Positions 1-9,314 of a stretch of DNA of 64,000 nucleotides are shown here, piece after piece. Under the pieces are notes generated by a model. The model had not been told where the DNA came from. It was given only the letters and a program-made list of their open reading frames with translations, and made no database searches. The position numbers were made by a program, and so were the translations under genes. The DNA comes from a virus (Duplodnaviria; Caudoviricetes): positions 32,001 to 96,000 of the IMG/VR virus record IMGVR_UViG_3300032327_000348. One strand, given 5' to 3'. How positions within the stretch are numbered: position 1 is the stretch's first letter; each line of letters begins with the position of its first letter.

Positions 1-267
1 TAATAGTTTAGTGATAATAGGTTTGGTTGTATCACTATTATTGCGATATCGTGCCCAACATATGCTTAATGCCAATAAGTCTACACCAATTTCATATACT
101 TCATATCTTTTAACATCTGGATTATAAGAAAAATCATCAAAGTTAAGAATACTATTATAACCCGTAGCTGAACCTGCACTGGTGATTGAAATTGTGTTTT
201 GACTTGAGGCCAACATTTGACTACCGCTAATTTGTACAGGTTGATTTTTATTTGAATACTTTGACAT
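1..267 (-). CDS. Hypothetical protein, partial (runs off the left edge)
   Basis: ATG at 267 just after the uvsY stop. The frame (MSKYSNKNQPVQ...) stays open to position 1. Not in the ORF track. Confidence 0.7.
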   Translation of the reverse strand, partial: MSKYSNKNQPVQISGSQMLASSQNTISITSAGSATGYNSILNFDDFSYNPDVKRYEVYEIGVDLLALSICWARYRNNSDTTKPIITKLL

Positions 268-269
268 TT

Positions 270-728
270 TTATCCAATTGTAATATCTTCCATGCCGGCT
301 GCTCTTAGACGAACAATATGACCTAACATGAAATTTTTTGATTCTAACGATTTCATTATACCGAGCCAGCGATTACGCAATAGTGCTACTTCGTTAATCA
401 ACACTTCCATGTCAATTACTTCATCTTCACCTTCTGCATACTTTTCAGCATCACGACTTGTCAATGCTCTATTATACGCTTCTAAATATTTTTGAAAATG
501 TTTTTGGCGAATTTTCCTTAATTGAATATTGAGATAGTTTAATACTGCTTCTATTTCTTGCAATTGGTTAAAACGATGTTCCGTGATACCGGGTAAAGCG
601 GCAATGTTTTTTTCAACATTGCCGTATACCTTTACTTCTTGTTTAGCCGAAATTAATTCGGCTTCATAGTGAGTTATGAAATCAGGTATCACACCAAGAT
701 TTTGGGTGATGCGTGTATACCAATTCAT
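270..728 (-). CDS. uvsY: UvsY-like recombination mediator protein
   Basis: 152-aa helical protein with T4 UvsY-like C-terminus (DAEKYAEGEDEV...LGIMKSLESKNFMLGHIVRLRAAGMED), next to uvsX and gp32. Confidence 0.85.
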   Translation of the reverse strand: MNWYTRITQNLGVIPDFITHYEAELISAKQEVKVYGNVEKNIAALPGITEHRFNQLQEIEAVLNYLNIQLRKIRQKHFQKYLEAYNRALTSRDAEKYAEGEDEVIDMEVLINEVALLRNRWLGIMKSLESKNFMLGHIVRLRAAGMEDITIG

Positions 729-980
729 TTAATCCCATTCTTCGTCAGAGTCATCTTCTTCATAATCTTCATATTCATCCTCAACATCATGTTGTGACAT
801 ATACTCTTTGAGAGCAATAAGCACTTCTTTGTCGCCAGTAAAGGCATCTTTGATATCTTCGGCTTCATAATTATTATCAATCAGTAGATTGACTAGTGAA
901 TCTGCCGCTTCACTACGATCATTAAAATCAATATGGGAACGCAATGCATCCCATATCTCAACTGTGAAATCTAAACTCAT
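729..980 (-). CDS. Hypothetical acidic protein
   Basis: 83-aa ORF with a D/E-rich tail, tightly packed between uvsX and uvsY. Confidence 0.75.
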   Translation of the reverse strand: MSLDFTVEIWDALRSHIDFNDRSEAADSLVNLLIDNNYEAEDIKDAFTGDKEVLIALKEYMSQHDVEDEYEDYEEDDSDEEWD

Positions 981-2044
981 ACTGTATCATCCTCCTCCGA
1001 TGTTACAGTACTTATCTTTGTCGTTGCCTTTTGTCCATACTCGCTCATTACTTTATCTAAGCAACCATCAGTGTTAGCTTCCCATGCTTTGCGAAACTTC
1101 TTAATGATTTCACCATCAAGTGTTGTATAGACTAATGAGTTACCTTCTTTCTTAACAAGTTCAGCCTTCTCAATCATATCTAATAGACCTGAGTAGGGGC
1201 TCATACCTGTTTCATAAGGAATCTTAACTTGTACTGATTCGAATGGTTTGGCATAACGAGTTTTCATAATCTTACATGCGGCACGAATACCTTTAACATC
1301 ACTAATCTTGTTACCGTCTTCGTCTTCTTTGAGTTTCAACTTCTTCATAGCAACTAGAATACTAGATGCGTAGACAAAACCTTGACCACCTGATACTTTG
1401 TCATCTGGATCAAACATATCTTGACTTGCATATGTGTGATTAGTTGCAACCATACCGATGCCCAAGTTACCAAACATGTTAACACAGTTACGAACAAGTG
1501 CGGCAAGTGCCTTAGGCTTACGACCCATGTCACCCTTCATATCACCTGCTTCAAATTGATTAACGTCAGTGGGAGTCAACAACATACCCAATGAGTCAAT
1601 TACAAATAGTACTTTTGGTCTATCTGTTTCAGGCAATGATTTGTAATCTTTAACAAACATAGAAATAGTTTTACCCACTTCGTCAATCATAGCCATGTTA
1701 AGTTTAAGCAACTTACTTTCGTCAGTGCTTACACCCAATGCATGTAACCATGCTTCATCAAGTGCGTTTTCTGAATCAATCAGAACAACAAATATTCCTT
1801 GTTCTTGTGCGTGTCGGATGAGGTTTCCGGAGCAGATGAAGCTTTTTCCCGCGCCTGACTCTCCGGCAAAGACAGTAACTTTACCAAGAGGTACGCCTTT
1901 ATTAAAATCACCACTAATGAGGTAGTTGAGAGCATAATTTCCTGTCGAGATCCAATCAGTTGGGTCATGAAAACCAATAGATAGACCATCAATACTTTTT
2001 GTAATATCTTTTCTAAATTTACTTACATCAAACGGTTTTGCCAT
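977..2044 (-). CDS. uvsX: RecA/UvsX recombinase
   Basis: Walker A GESGAGKS, IDSENALD, Walker B LFVIDSLG, and the RecA-family SGG..FVYASS motif. Confidence 0.95.
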   Translation of the reverse strand: MAKPFDVSKFRKDITKSIDGLSIGFHDPTDWISTGNYALNYLISGDFNKGVPLGKVTVFAGESGAGKSFICSGNLIRHAQEQGIFVVLIDSENALDEAWLHALGVSTDESKLLKLNMAMIDEVGKTISMFVKDYKSLPETDRPKVLFVIDSLGMLLTPTDVNQFEAGDMKGDMGRKPKALAALVRNCVNMFGNLGIGMVATNHTYASQDMFDPDDKVSGGQGFVYASSILVAMKKLKLKEDEDGNKISDVKGIRAACKIMKTRYAKPFESVQVKIPYETGMSPYSGLLDMIEKAELVKKEGNSLVYTTLDGEIIKKFRKAWEANTDGCLDKVMSEYGQKATTKISTVTSEEDDTV

Positions 2045-2236
2045 TTAGTTGTCCATTTCCATTGATAGTGTTTCTTTGATTACTGCAAAAAGTTCTTCGT
2101 CAGTATTACAAAGAATTTTATAAGTCTTCCAATCGTTTTCACTATCACGACCGCCAACTTCAATCATATAACCATTGTCATAACGGTTAACAGTAAATGA
2201 CTCATTTACTTTGTTTAGTTTTTTTAGGTATTTCAT
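2045..2236 (-). CDS. Hypothetical protein
   Basis: 63-aa ORF with AAGGA SD, abutting uvsX. Confidence 0.7.
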   Translation of the reverse strand: MKYLKKLNKVNESFTVNRYDNGYMIEVGGRDSENDWKTYKILCNTDEELFAVIKETLSMEMDN

Positions 2237-2245
2237 AATATTCCT

Positions 2246-2476
2246 TTATTGTTTGTGCATACTAGTATACACATTAAATGGCTGTTTGTTGAGTAAATCG
2301 GGACATTTTTCAGCCATCGATTCTAGTTCGTAATCATTAGGATAGTGCCGTAATGCACCTCTTGCACGGTCACGAACAATCCCTGGCACTCTAGGTGTAC
2401 GTCCGGGGTCGCATAGTTCTTCCAATAATTTCTTACCCTGTTTTAGGGCACGATATCGTTCATCTGGGAGTGTCAT
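2246..2476 (-). CDS. Small conserved phage protein (BPSL0761-like)
   Basis: The pattern MTLPDERYRA...PRVP..VR.RAR..LRHYP resembles the BPSL0761 family. AAGGA SD. Confidence 0.65.
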   Translation of the reverse strand: MTLPDERYRALKQGKKLLEELCDPGRTPRVPGIVRDRARGALRHYPNDYELESMAEKCPDLLNKQPFNVYTSMHKQ

Positions 2477-2523
2477 AATAATTCCTTAGGTAGGGAGAAA
2501 TAATTCTCCCCACGTGTTAAGTT

Positions 2524-3519
2524 TTACTTATTTTGTCTAGCACGAATCATCGCTAGGATGTCTTGTGCTTTGTCGCTTGATGTTCCAGTAGACTTAGGAA
2601 CTTCAATTGGTGCAGTTGCGGTTGATGCTTCATCTTCCCATGGAGCAGACTCTGCTACAGGTGCTGTTACGGGAGCGCTGGTTCCAGCAGACGCAGTAGG
2701 TTGTACCGAACTAGATCCAGATGGTGCCTCTAATCCATATGGACGATAGTAATTTCCCCATCGTTCGTTGTCATATGGTTGACCTTCAACTGATGCCTCA
2801 AACATTTCTTTGATAATACGCAATTCTGCTTCTGACGGCTTCTTAGGTAAGAAGGATTTTAAATCAAACAAACCATGTGCTTCAATAGCAGTTTGTTCTG
2901 CTTCTGTGAGTGGAGATTCTTTACGAGCCCAGTTACTTGTTGAGTAATCCGCATAACCACCCTTGCTTGTTTTCTTAATGTTGAAATCAAGACCACGCAA
3001 GAAGTCTGTTGGCAATTCTTCAATCTCTGGATCCATCAAACCTGCTTTAACGATTGGAATGATTTGTGGGCTGATGATGAATCTACGAATAGGGTTCGCA
3101 GGAGTCTTGTCATCGCCTAGTGGATTCTGACGAACAAAACCTTGGAATAGATAACTGCGCTTCTTCCAATACTTGTTAGCCATTTCTTTCAACGATTCGT
3201 CTTTATACCAAGGACGAACTTCTGCTAAGATAGGGCAGTTATCACCATACATTTCTACGCATGGTACTTGTACTTCAATTCGTTTAGAGTTAGGATCGCC
3301 CTTAACACCATTGAATGGAAGTTTGATAATTTGTTTTTCAACCCAGAAGAAATCATTCTTTGAATCGCCATCAGGCAAGAAACGAATTGAAGCAGTTGTG
3401 CCTTCATCCATGTTCCAATGTGCGTAGACTGAGTTATCTGATTGGGTGTTAGAACCCTTGTTTTGTGACTTGTTTTCTTGAGCGGCAATTCGCGCTCTGA
3501 TTTCTGCTAATGATGCCAT
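2524..3519 (-). CDS. gp32: Single-stranded DNA-binding protein, T4 gp32-like
   Basis: IRFLPD, Cys pair (PCVEMYGDNCPI), YWKKRSY, GGYADYSTS, low-complexity acidic tail. Located with uvsX and uvsY. Confidence 0.92.
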   Translation of the reverse strand: MASLAEIRARIAAQENKSQNKGSNTQSDNSVYAHWNMDEGTTASIRFLPDGDSKNDFFWVEKQIIKLPFNGVKGDPNSKRIEVQVPCVEMYGDNCPILAEVRPWYKDESLKEMANKYWKKRSYLFQGFVRQNPLGDDKTPANPIRRFIISPQIIPIVKAGLMDPEIEELPTDFLRGLDFNIKKTSKGGYADYSTSNWARKESPLTEAEQTAIEAHGLFDLKSFLPKKPSEAELRIIKEMFEASVEGQPYDNERWGNYYRPYGLEAPSGSSSVQPTASAGTSAPVTAPVAESAPWEDEASTATAPIEVPKSTGTSSDKAQDILAMIRARQNK

Positions 3520-3597
3520 GATTAATTTTCCTTAATAAAATTGAGATGGTCTCTGTTTAATATTCGCCACTCACCACGAGTGACTAACACAAGAGTA

Positions 3598-3636
3598 AGT
3601 ATAGCAGTACTTTACTCTCCTGTCAATAGTATTTAT
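3598..3636 (-). promoter_or_regulatory. Tandem late (ATAAATA) and sigma70 promoters upstream of gp32
   Basis: Minus strand: ATAAATA (3636-3630), then TTGACA (3626-3621)-17 nt-TATACT (3603-3598). Confidence 0.75.
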
Positions 3637-3647
3637 GCCAGATGTGG

Positions 3648-3673
3648 TAAACCGCACAAAAAAGTGCGGTTTA
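3648..3673 (-). terminator. Hairpin / probable intrinsic terminator
   Basis: 10-bp inverted repeat TAAACCGCAC/GTGCGGTTTA with a 6-nt loop, just downstream of the 3683 ORF stop. Confidence 0.6.
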
Positions 3674-3682
3674 TTTACCCTT

Positions 3683-4573
3683 TTATACTGTTGCTGGTTT
3701 AGATGCTGTTGTAGTTTTTCGGGTCGCTAGTGTTTTGTCCGCAGCATTTTTTACTGCTACTACGGCCGGCGTTTGCATTTTTGGTAACTGCGCCTGTATC
3801 ATTTTAATCATTCTAGCATCTTCTGGATTATTAGGATTCAATTTCTGTCCACCAATTTTAACTGGTTCAGACTGCATAGATTGTTTAGTTTGTGCCACCG
3901 GTGCCGGTTTTGTCTGTGTAGTAGGTTGAGTTTTTGCAATCGTAGATGATACGGGCGCAGTTGGGGCGCCCTTAATTGTAGTAGTTGTTTTTCCGTATCC
4001 AGTTGGGCCGGTTGCAAAATTAGCAGCTTTAGCCACTGCTGGCTTTGCATATTTTTCCATACCGGGCATCTTCATTACATTAGTAGCATTAAAACCCTGT
4101 GGTGTAACAGTATTACTAGTTGGTTGTGCTGGCTGAGGTTGTTGGGCTGTTGCTTGTTGTTTTCGCTGTACTGCAGGAATATTAACATTTTGTCCCGTAG
4201 CCCACCATGGCTTAGCCGGCGTGTTACTAACTGGTGCAGTAGTTTGGGTAGGTTCTTGTTGAACAGGTTCTTGTTGAACAGGTGCCTTTATCTTTCTACC
4301 CATTATATCTAAACCCTTACCTTGACCGGCAGGTCTTGCAAATTGTTTACTAAGAGGATTATTATACGATTTAGTTTGTACTGTGCCGGGCGTGAACATA
4401 CCACTTTGAGGGTCAGTACCAGATTTTGCACCAGATACAGTACCTCGACCAGGTATTTCCCTATTTGCCTTTCGCTGTGCTCTAACTGCTTTGGCTGCTT
4501 CATCTCTATCAAGTTGTGATTTGAAATCACCACCTAATGGATTCTGTACACGAACAACTTCATCAATACGCAT
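3683..4573 (-). CDS. P/Q/T/A-rich low-complexity protein, possibly virion-internal
   Basis: 296 aa, basic and likely disordered, with a PVQQE-PVQQE tandem duplication. Start overlaps the upstream stop (TAATG). Confidence 0.75.
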   Translation of the reverse strand: MRIDEVVRVQNPLGGDFKSQLDRDEAAKAVRAQRKANREIPGRGTVSGAKSGTDPQSGMFTPGTVQTKSYNNPLSKQFARPAGQGKGLDIMGRKIKAPVQQEPVQQEPTQTTAPVSNTPAKPWWATGQNVNIPAVQRKQQATAQQPQPAQPTSNTVTPQGFNATNVMKMPGMEKYAKPAVAKAANFATGPTGYGKTTTTIKGAPTAPVSSTIAKTQPTTQTKPAPVAQTKQSMQSEPVKIGGQKLNPNNPEDARMIKMIQAQLPKMQTPAVVAVKNAADKTLATRKTTTASKPATV

Positions 4574-6543
4574 TATTTTCTCAACAATCTTTTGATTGTA
4601 TCGAGGTCTTCTTGTCCTTCACTGAACTTGAATTTCTTAATTTGGTCAGTACTATGTCCGGTTTTTGCGCCTGGTCGTTCTTTATGTTTCTCTTCCGGAC
4701 TATCAGGATGGGTAGAATCATCATAACCACCATATGATTTTGGACCTGATTGATGTTTTGTTACTCCATCCTTATGTGTAACTTTGCCACCTTTGTGAGT
4801 AGTTGATTCACCGTCACTCTCACCAACTAAGTCACCAATCGTTGCTGGCTTGTTTGCTTTGGGACCTTTGTTACGCCATTGTCCTGCTTCACCTGTAGCA
4901 TAGTCACCTGCGAACTCATCTTCTGTTACAGGTTCTTCTTTCTTGCTATACTTGGCACGAATGTTTTGCATTGTTTTCTCGCTAGCATCGTCACGACCTG
5001 CATCACGCAATGCGTCCATACCATCTTTACCGTATTTCTTGTCACCTAAATATGCTTGTAGTGCGCTTTCGTCAATTTCTTCGCCGGCTCTAAATCTTTT
5101 AACCATTGCTTTAAGTGCTTCAAGTTTGTCATCAGGTACATCCATATAATGATCGTGTCCCATTTTCTTCGATGCTTTACTTAATGCAGTGAAGTGATCC
5201 ATCTTATCATTGTTTTGCTTTTTATCACTTCTCAATGAACTGTCGGCTTGACCCATATCAACTTCATCGGTGCGCTTCTCAACATCACTATATGCCATGC
5301 TTGGCTTACCATTTTGTGGATTACGAACACCTGCTTTGTCTTTCAAGTCTTTTAATAAATCTTCGTCACTTCCATGTCCTAATTTATCTAGTACCTTGCC
5401 GCCAACTTTCTTAACCATATCCATCATGCCTTCAGGAACACCCTGTGGGTTATTACTTGTTAGACTTTCTTCTTCTGTTAAATCTGAATCTGCGTTGTCT
5501 ATTGCATCATCTGCTTCGTTATCTGCAATATCTAAATCACCTTCGATTAACTTGTCAGCCCATTCACTTAATTCGTTAACCTCTGACATTTCACTAATTT
5601 TCTTCTGTAGTTTAGATAAGATAGGCATTACTGACTCAATGCGTGGATCAACTGTTTCTTGTACAAACAATTCGTTGATGTTGCTCATGTCACTATCATC
5701 TTCCATTAATGGAGGAGTCCAACTTTCAAAGTAACTATTGTAACCACGGTGGCCGGCCAGTTTACCTAGACTTTCACGCAATGATTGATAATGATTGATG
5801 CCTTCAGCAATCAATTTCTGTGTTGATTCGTTGAATTGACCACTGCGAGTAGCACGAACAAATCCTGCCATCTTTTGATATTCTTCGCATAAGCTACCAA
5901 TGTGATTCCAACGATCATCATGTGGCTTACCACCTTCAGCAATATGTCTAGCATATACACGTGCAATACCAGGCTTTGTTGTAGGAGCCAAGAATCTTTC
6001 ACCGTGTTCATTCTCAAGGAAGATGCGTTCAACATTACGATATCGTTGTTCGCCTTCTTCGATATGGCGACTGTGTTGTAACACAATTTTTACACTAGGT
6101 ACAGCATCACTGTAACTTGCTTTTTTGCCCATTGGGTAGTAACCTTCTGCAATTGATTCTTTTTTCTTCATATATTCCCTCTTTGCCATGTCGTGCTTTA
6201 AGTTGTTTACATTCTTCAATTCGAAACTCAATTGATATTTTTGTGAAAATTTCTTCAATTGGTTTAGTAATTTATACCAAGATACGTCATCTGATTCTGA
6301 TTCTTCTTTTTCACTATTAGCAACATCATCACTAAAGTAAACAGTTAATTTATGTAAACCGTCAATAGAAATAGTGACTGTTCCATAATCTTCTCCATCT
6401 TTAACAAAGTTAAATTGAAAAACTTCTGCTTCTTCTGGTGTAGGAATTTCCTTACCTGAAGTACTTAACATAGTAGGATCTAGGCCCTTGCTATGCAATA
6501 GTTCAAATAGTGTGCGGTTTAATGATTCTGTGTTTTTTGGCAT
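4573..6543 (-). CDS. Large acidic protein, putative prohead core/internal protein
   Basis: 656 aa, downstream of terL, late promoter core at 6566-6572. Globular N-terminal half and acidic C-terminal half with many (I/L/V)xE motifs. Function is inferred. Confidence 0.6.
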   Translation of the reverse strand: MPKNTESLNRTLFELLHSKGLDPTMLSTSGKEIPTPEEAEVFQFNFVKDGEDYGTVTISIDGLHKLTVYFSDDVANSEKEESESDDVSWYKLLNQLKKFSQKYQLSFELKNVNNLKHDMAKREYMKKKESIAEGYYPMGKKASYSDAVPSVKIVLQHSRHIEEGEQRYRNVERIFLENEHGERFLAPTTKPGIARVYARHIAEGGKPHDDRWNHIGSLCEEYQKMAGFVRATRSGQFNESTQKLIAEGINHYQSLRESLGKLAGHRGYNSYFESWTPPLMEDDSDMSNINELFVQETVDPRIESVMPILSKLQKKISEMSEVNELSEWADKLIEGDLDIADNEADDAIDNADSDLTEEESLTSNNPQGVPEGMMDMVKKVGGKVLDKLGHGSDEDLLKDLKDKAGVRNPQNGKPSMAYSDVEKRTDEVDMGQADSSLRSDKKQNNDKMDHFTALSKASKKMGHDHYMDVPDDKLEALKAMVKRFRAGEEIDESALQAYLGDKKYGKDGMDALRDAGRDDASEKTMQNIRAKYSKKEEPVTEDEFAGDYATGEAGQWRNKGPKANKPATIGDLVGESDGESTTHKGGKVTHKDGVTKHQSGPKSYGGYDDSTHPDSPEEKHKERPGAKTGHSTDQIKKFKFSEGQEDLDTIKRLLRK

Positions 6544-6582
6544 CTTGGTAGTTTATCTTATTATATATTTATCAAATTTGTG

Positions 6583-7641
6583 TTAACTCATGACCGCAAA
6601 AAACGGCAATGGAGCGACAAATTCATCGTGGTCACGAATCTGATTCTCTAAATCAAAGTGATAATCACTTAATTGCTGTAACATTCGTGTTACTAATAAA
6701 CTAGCCATGATCAAATCATCTGTATCACCAATCTTAGCCGCATAACTACCACCATGTGCCACAAATGCTTTTAATTCACTGATAAGACTACGACTATTTA
6801 TGGTCATTTTCTTACTTTCAACTAGAGTCTTAAACTTAGCGCAACTTGCTAGTTTACTCTTATTAGTTGTGTTGAATCCTCTACGACCTTTACCGGTTTC
6901 ACTGATAAAGATACCCGGAATACCTGATTCTCCGTATTCATTTAATGATACGATAGCGGCTTCACCAATACCATTACATTCAATACTGTAATAGATATTG
7001 TTAGGTTCTCCTGTACATTCTGCTATGTACTTGTTAATCTGAGACAATAATTTGATTTGGCTTGGAATGTCAGTTTTATTATGTTTCCATTCACCAATCT
7101 GTTTAGTAGTATTTGCTTCAAATATCTGAATAGCGGCTGGGTCACCACCTGTACCAAGACTTGGATCTAAACCTACACAATATAGATTACCCTTCTTAGG
7201 TGTGTCATACCAACGAACTTGTCCTATACGACTGACAGGTTCTATACCTTCCAGTGCAATTAATGTATTTGGATTGATAAGTGTTTCATCGGCAATAATA
7301 AATTCGCAATTGGAGCATAAAATTCCATTAGCATAAAATCTTTTATTATTTCCAACATTCACTAGATCATATACGGTTTCAATAGCATTTTCTTTTATTG
7401 ATATTACCTTCTGTACTCCGGCGGTTGTCCTAATTAATGCTCCGGCTGTAAGTTGTTCTACTCTTACCTTCTCGTATGACTCTGTAAATATTTCATGATC
7501 CGGAGTCAGTATTATTTGAGAATTCTCTAAAGTTAGAATAACAGTATGCATAACGCCTTTATTAACTAGGCCATCAAATGTCTGCCATCCTGAATCTGTT
7601 AAAACTTCCAAACCTAATTTATTTTTTAGTAACTCTACCAT
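6583..7641 (-). CDS. terL: Split-intein C-fragment (111 aa) fused to the terminase large subunit C-terminal nuclease domain
   Basis: Hint block B (LTPDH), block F (VYDL), block G (FYANGILCSN), then Cys+1 (CEFIIADET). Nuclease motifs VGLDPS.G.GGD, IECNG.G, DDLIMA. Confidence 0.92.
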   Translation of the reverse strand: MVELLKNKLGLEVLTDSGWQTFDGLVNKGVMHTVILTLENSQIILTPDHEIFTESYEKVRVEQLTAGALIRTTAGVQKVISIKENAIETVYDLVNVGNNKRFYANGILCSNCEFIIADETLINPNTLIALEGIEPVSRIGQVRWYDTPKKGNLYCVGLDPSLGTGGDPAAIQIFEANTTKQIGEWKHNKTDIPSQIKLLSQINKYIAECTGEPNNIYYSIECNGIGEAAIVSLNEYGESGIPGIFISETGKGRRGFNTTNKSKLASCAKFKTLVESKKMTINSRSLISELKAFVAHGGSYAAKIGDTDDLIMASLLVTRMLQQLSDYHFDLENQIRDHDEFVAPLPFFAVMS

Positions 7642-8293
7642 TTACAAACCCTTCGTGTTGCATTCCTTCTCTGAATTGTCTATTTTCTTTTCCATTATTA
7701 AACCATCTTAATCCTTTTTTGGATTGATTAGTTATTAATCGGCCTGCATTAAATCCTGCAGGTATAATGTCCCCGTAATATTCAGTTGTACCATCATTAA
7801 ACCATTTTTTACTTAAACTTGTACCTATTCTTCCTTTTTGTGCAATGCTTATATTTTTACACCTGACAGGATCTTTTAAATAATCATAATGATTTGGTTT
7901 AGACCTTGATTTGCGCTGAGATTCTCTTTCATCATCTGACCATAATGTTCCTTTATTGCGGCCGCCGTGTCCGGGTAATGTCAGACCCTTATTCCAGGGA
8001 ACACTATTTGTAGTTCCTTCGCCTCCGTCAGTTCTATTTCTCAAAATGCCGGTGCCTAAATCTTTTCTACCGTACCATTGAATCATCCGTCTTTCTAATG
8101 CAATAGCCCCTATTTCAGTAAGTTCTTGTTCTAAAATAGTAATATTATTATATGATGGGCGTTTAATATTTTCGTGTAATTGCCAAGCTCGTTTATTTTT
8201 ACCCTTACCAATATAATACGGTGTTCCGTCTGGCCTAAGATATGCATACACATAATATCCTGCAGGAATACGGTGAGGTGAATAAATAGTCAT
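7619..8293 (-). CDS. Free-standing GIY-YIG homing endonuclease
   Basis: YVYAYLRPDGTPYYIGKG...R motif, conserved E (ALERRMI), LRNRTDGGEG, NUMOD-like PWNKG, two WFN(D/N)G repeats. Probable start is ATG 8293 after AGGGAG (the track starts at 8365). Confidence 0.85.
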   Translation of the reverse strand: MTIYSPHRIPAGYYVYAYLRPDGTPYYIGKGKNKRAWQLHENIKRPSYNNITILEQELTEIGAIALERRMIQWYGRKDLGTGILRNRTDGGEGTTNSVPWNKGLTLPGHGGRNKGTLWSDDERESQRKSRSKPNHYDYLKDPVRCKNISIAQKGRIGTSLSKKWFNDGTTEYYGDIIPAGFNAGRLITNQSKKGLRWFNNGKENRQFREGMQHEGFVNGRVTKK

Positions 8294-8351
8294 GCTGATG
8301 CTCCCTAAAGCGTTAGAGTAGTTGGGAACGCCAATTCCGCGAACTACACTT

Positions 8352-9275
8352 TTATTTATCATCATTTAACATTTTCTCTAACTCTGCCATAGTAGCAGTA
8401 ATAACATTACCCGACGGATCTCTTAGAGTCATTTTAGTACTACCGTCGAAGCAACCAATCTCTCGATTGAAACGATCCTCACCAAGTTGAGCCTTCATCT
8501 CTTTAGCCCATTGGTCGTCACGGCCAGGTTGTTCATTCCAGTATGCTCTATAAGAACGGAATCCATTAACACCTAGTTCAGTTGTATTACCAAACTCATC
8601 TTCTGTCTTATTAGCACCTTTCCAGATCAATGCGAACTGATCCTCATCACTGTTTGGTGTGCTTGTGATAATAGCTTTACCACCAGTTGACAATGTAGGA
8701 GTAATAGCTGTCCAGAATTCTTTAGCGATACTTGGCCTAACGAACGCAAACTCGTCCAGATACAATAGTGTAATAGACATACCACGACCTGTGTTTTCAG
8801 TAGTTGTCGCACTAACAATACGACTACCGTTTTCAAAGTCTAGTGAACCTTTGTTATATGTCGTAACACCTGCTTTAATATAATCGGGACAGTTTTCATA
8901 TGCATATCGTATTCGTTGCATAATCTCCTGAGCACCTGTATACTTGTGTGCCGCAACTAAGATAGTACTGTCTGGTACAAACATGGCGTACCATAGCAAG
9001 TATCCGGCGGCTGACGTTGACTTACCTGATTGTCGAGGCATCAAACTAATAGAGAAACGATAATTGTGATATGTTTCAATCAATCGTTGTTGATAGGGCC
9101 AAGGATGATAAACCATACTACCCTTTGTAGGATGTTGTATCATAAAGAAGTTATCCATAAAGTATAGATAACCTGTATCCGGGTCACAGCATTTGATAAA
9201 ATCCTGTAGTTCTTTATCAGTTTTGAAAACTGTTTTAGTATAGGGATTTTTTACTAGTGATGGTGCATTACTCAT
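8352..9275 (-). CDS. terL: Terminase large subunit N-terminal ATPase domain fused to a 33-aa split-intein N-fragment
   Basis: PYQ adenine-binding motif, Walker A PRQSGKS, Walker B LLYLDEFAF, motif III ITSTPN. Ends REIG|CFDGSTKMTL..., an intein block A. Confidence 0.93.
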   Translation of the reverse strand: MSNAPSLVKNPYTKTVFKTDKELQDFIKCCDPDTGYLYFMDNFFMIQHPTKGSMVYHPWPYQQRLIETYHNYRFSISLMPRQSGKSTSAAGYLLWYAMFVPDSTILVAAHKYTGAQEIMQRIRYAYENCPDYIKAGVTTYNKGSLDFENGSRIVSATTTENTGRGMSITLLYLDEFAFVRPSIAKEFWTAITPTLSTGGKAIITSTPNSDEDQFALIWKGANKTEDEFGNTTELGVNGFRSYRAYWNEQPGRDDQWAKEMKAQLGEDRFNREIGCFDGSTKMTLRDPSGNVITATMAELEKMLNDDK

Positions 9276-9314
9276 AGTGAGTATTTAGTTTGGGTGGTGT
9301 TCCCAAACTAATAT

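Noticed and set aside
2493-2510. Hairpin GGGAGAA-ataa-TTCTCCC after gp32 as a terminator
   Set aside because: There is no U-tract on the coding strand. It may be a stability or processing element, but it cannot be called.
7619-8365. Group I intron or frameshift/pseudogene explanation for the broken terL
   Set aside because: There is no non-coding space for a ribozyme core, and both halves carry complementary intein blocks at the junction.
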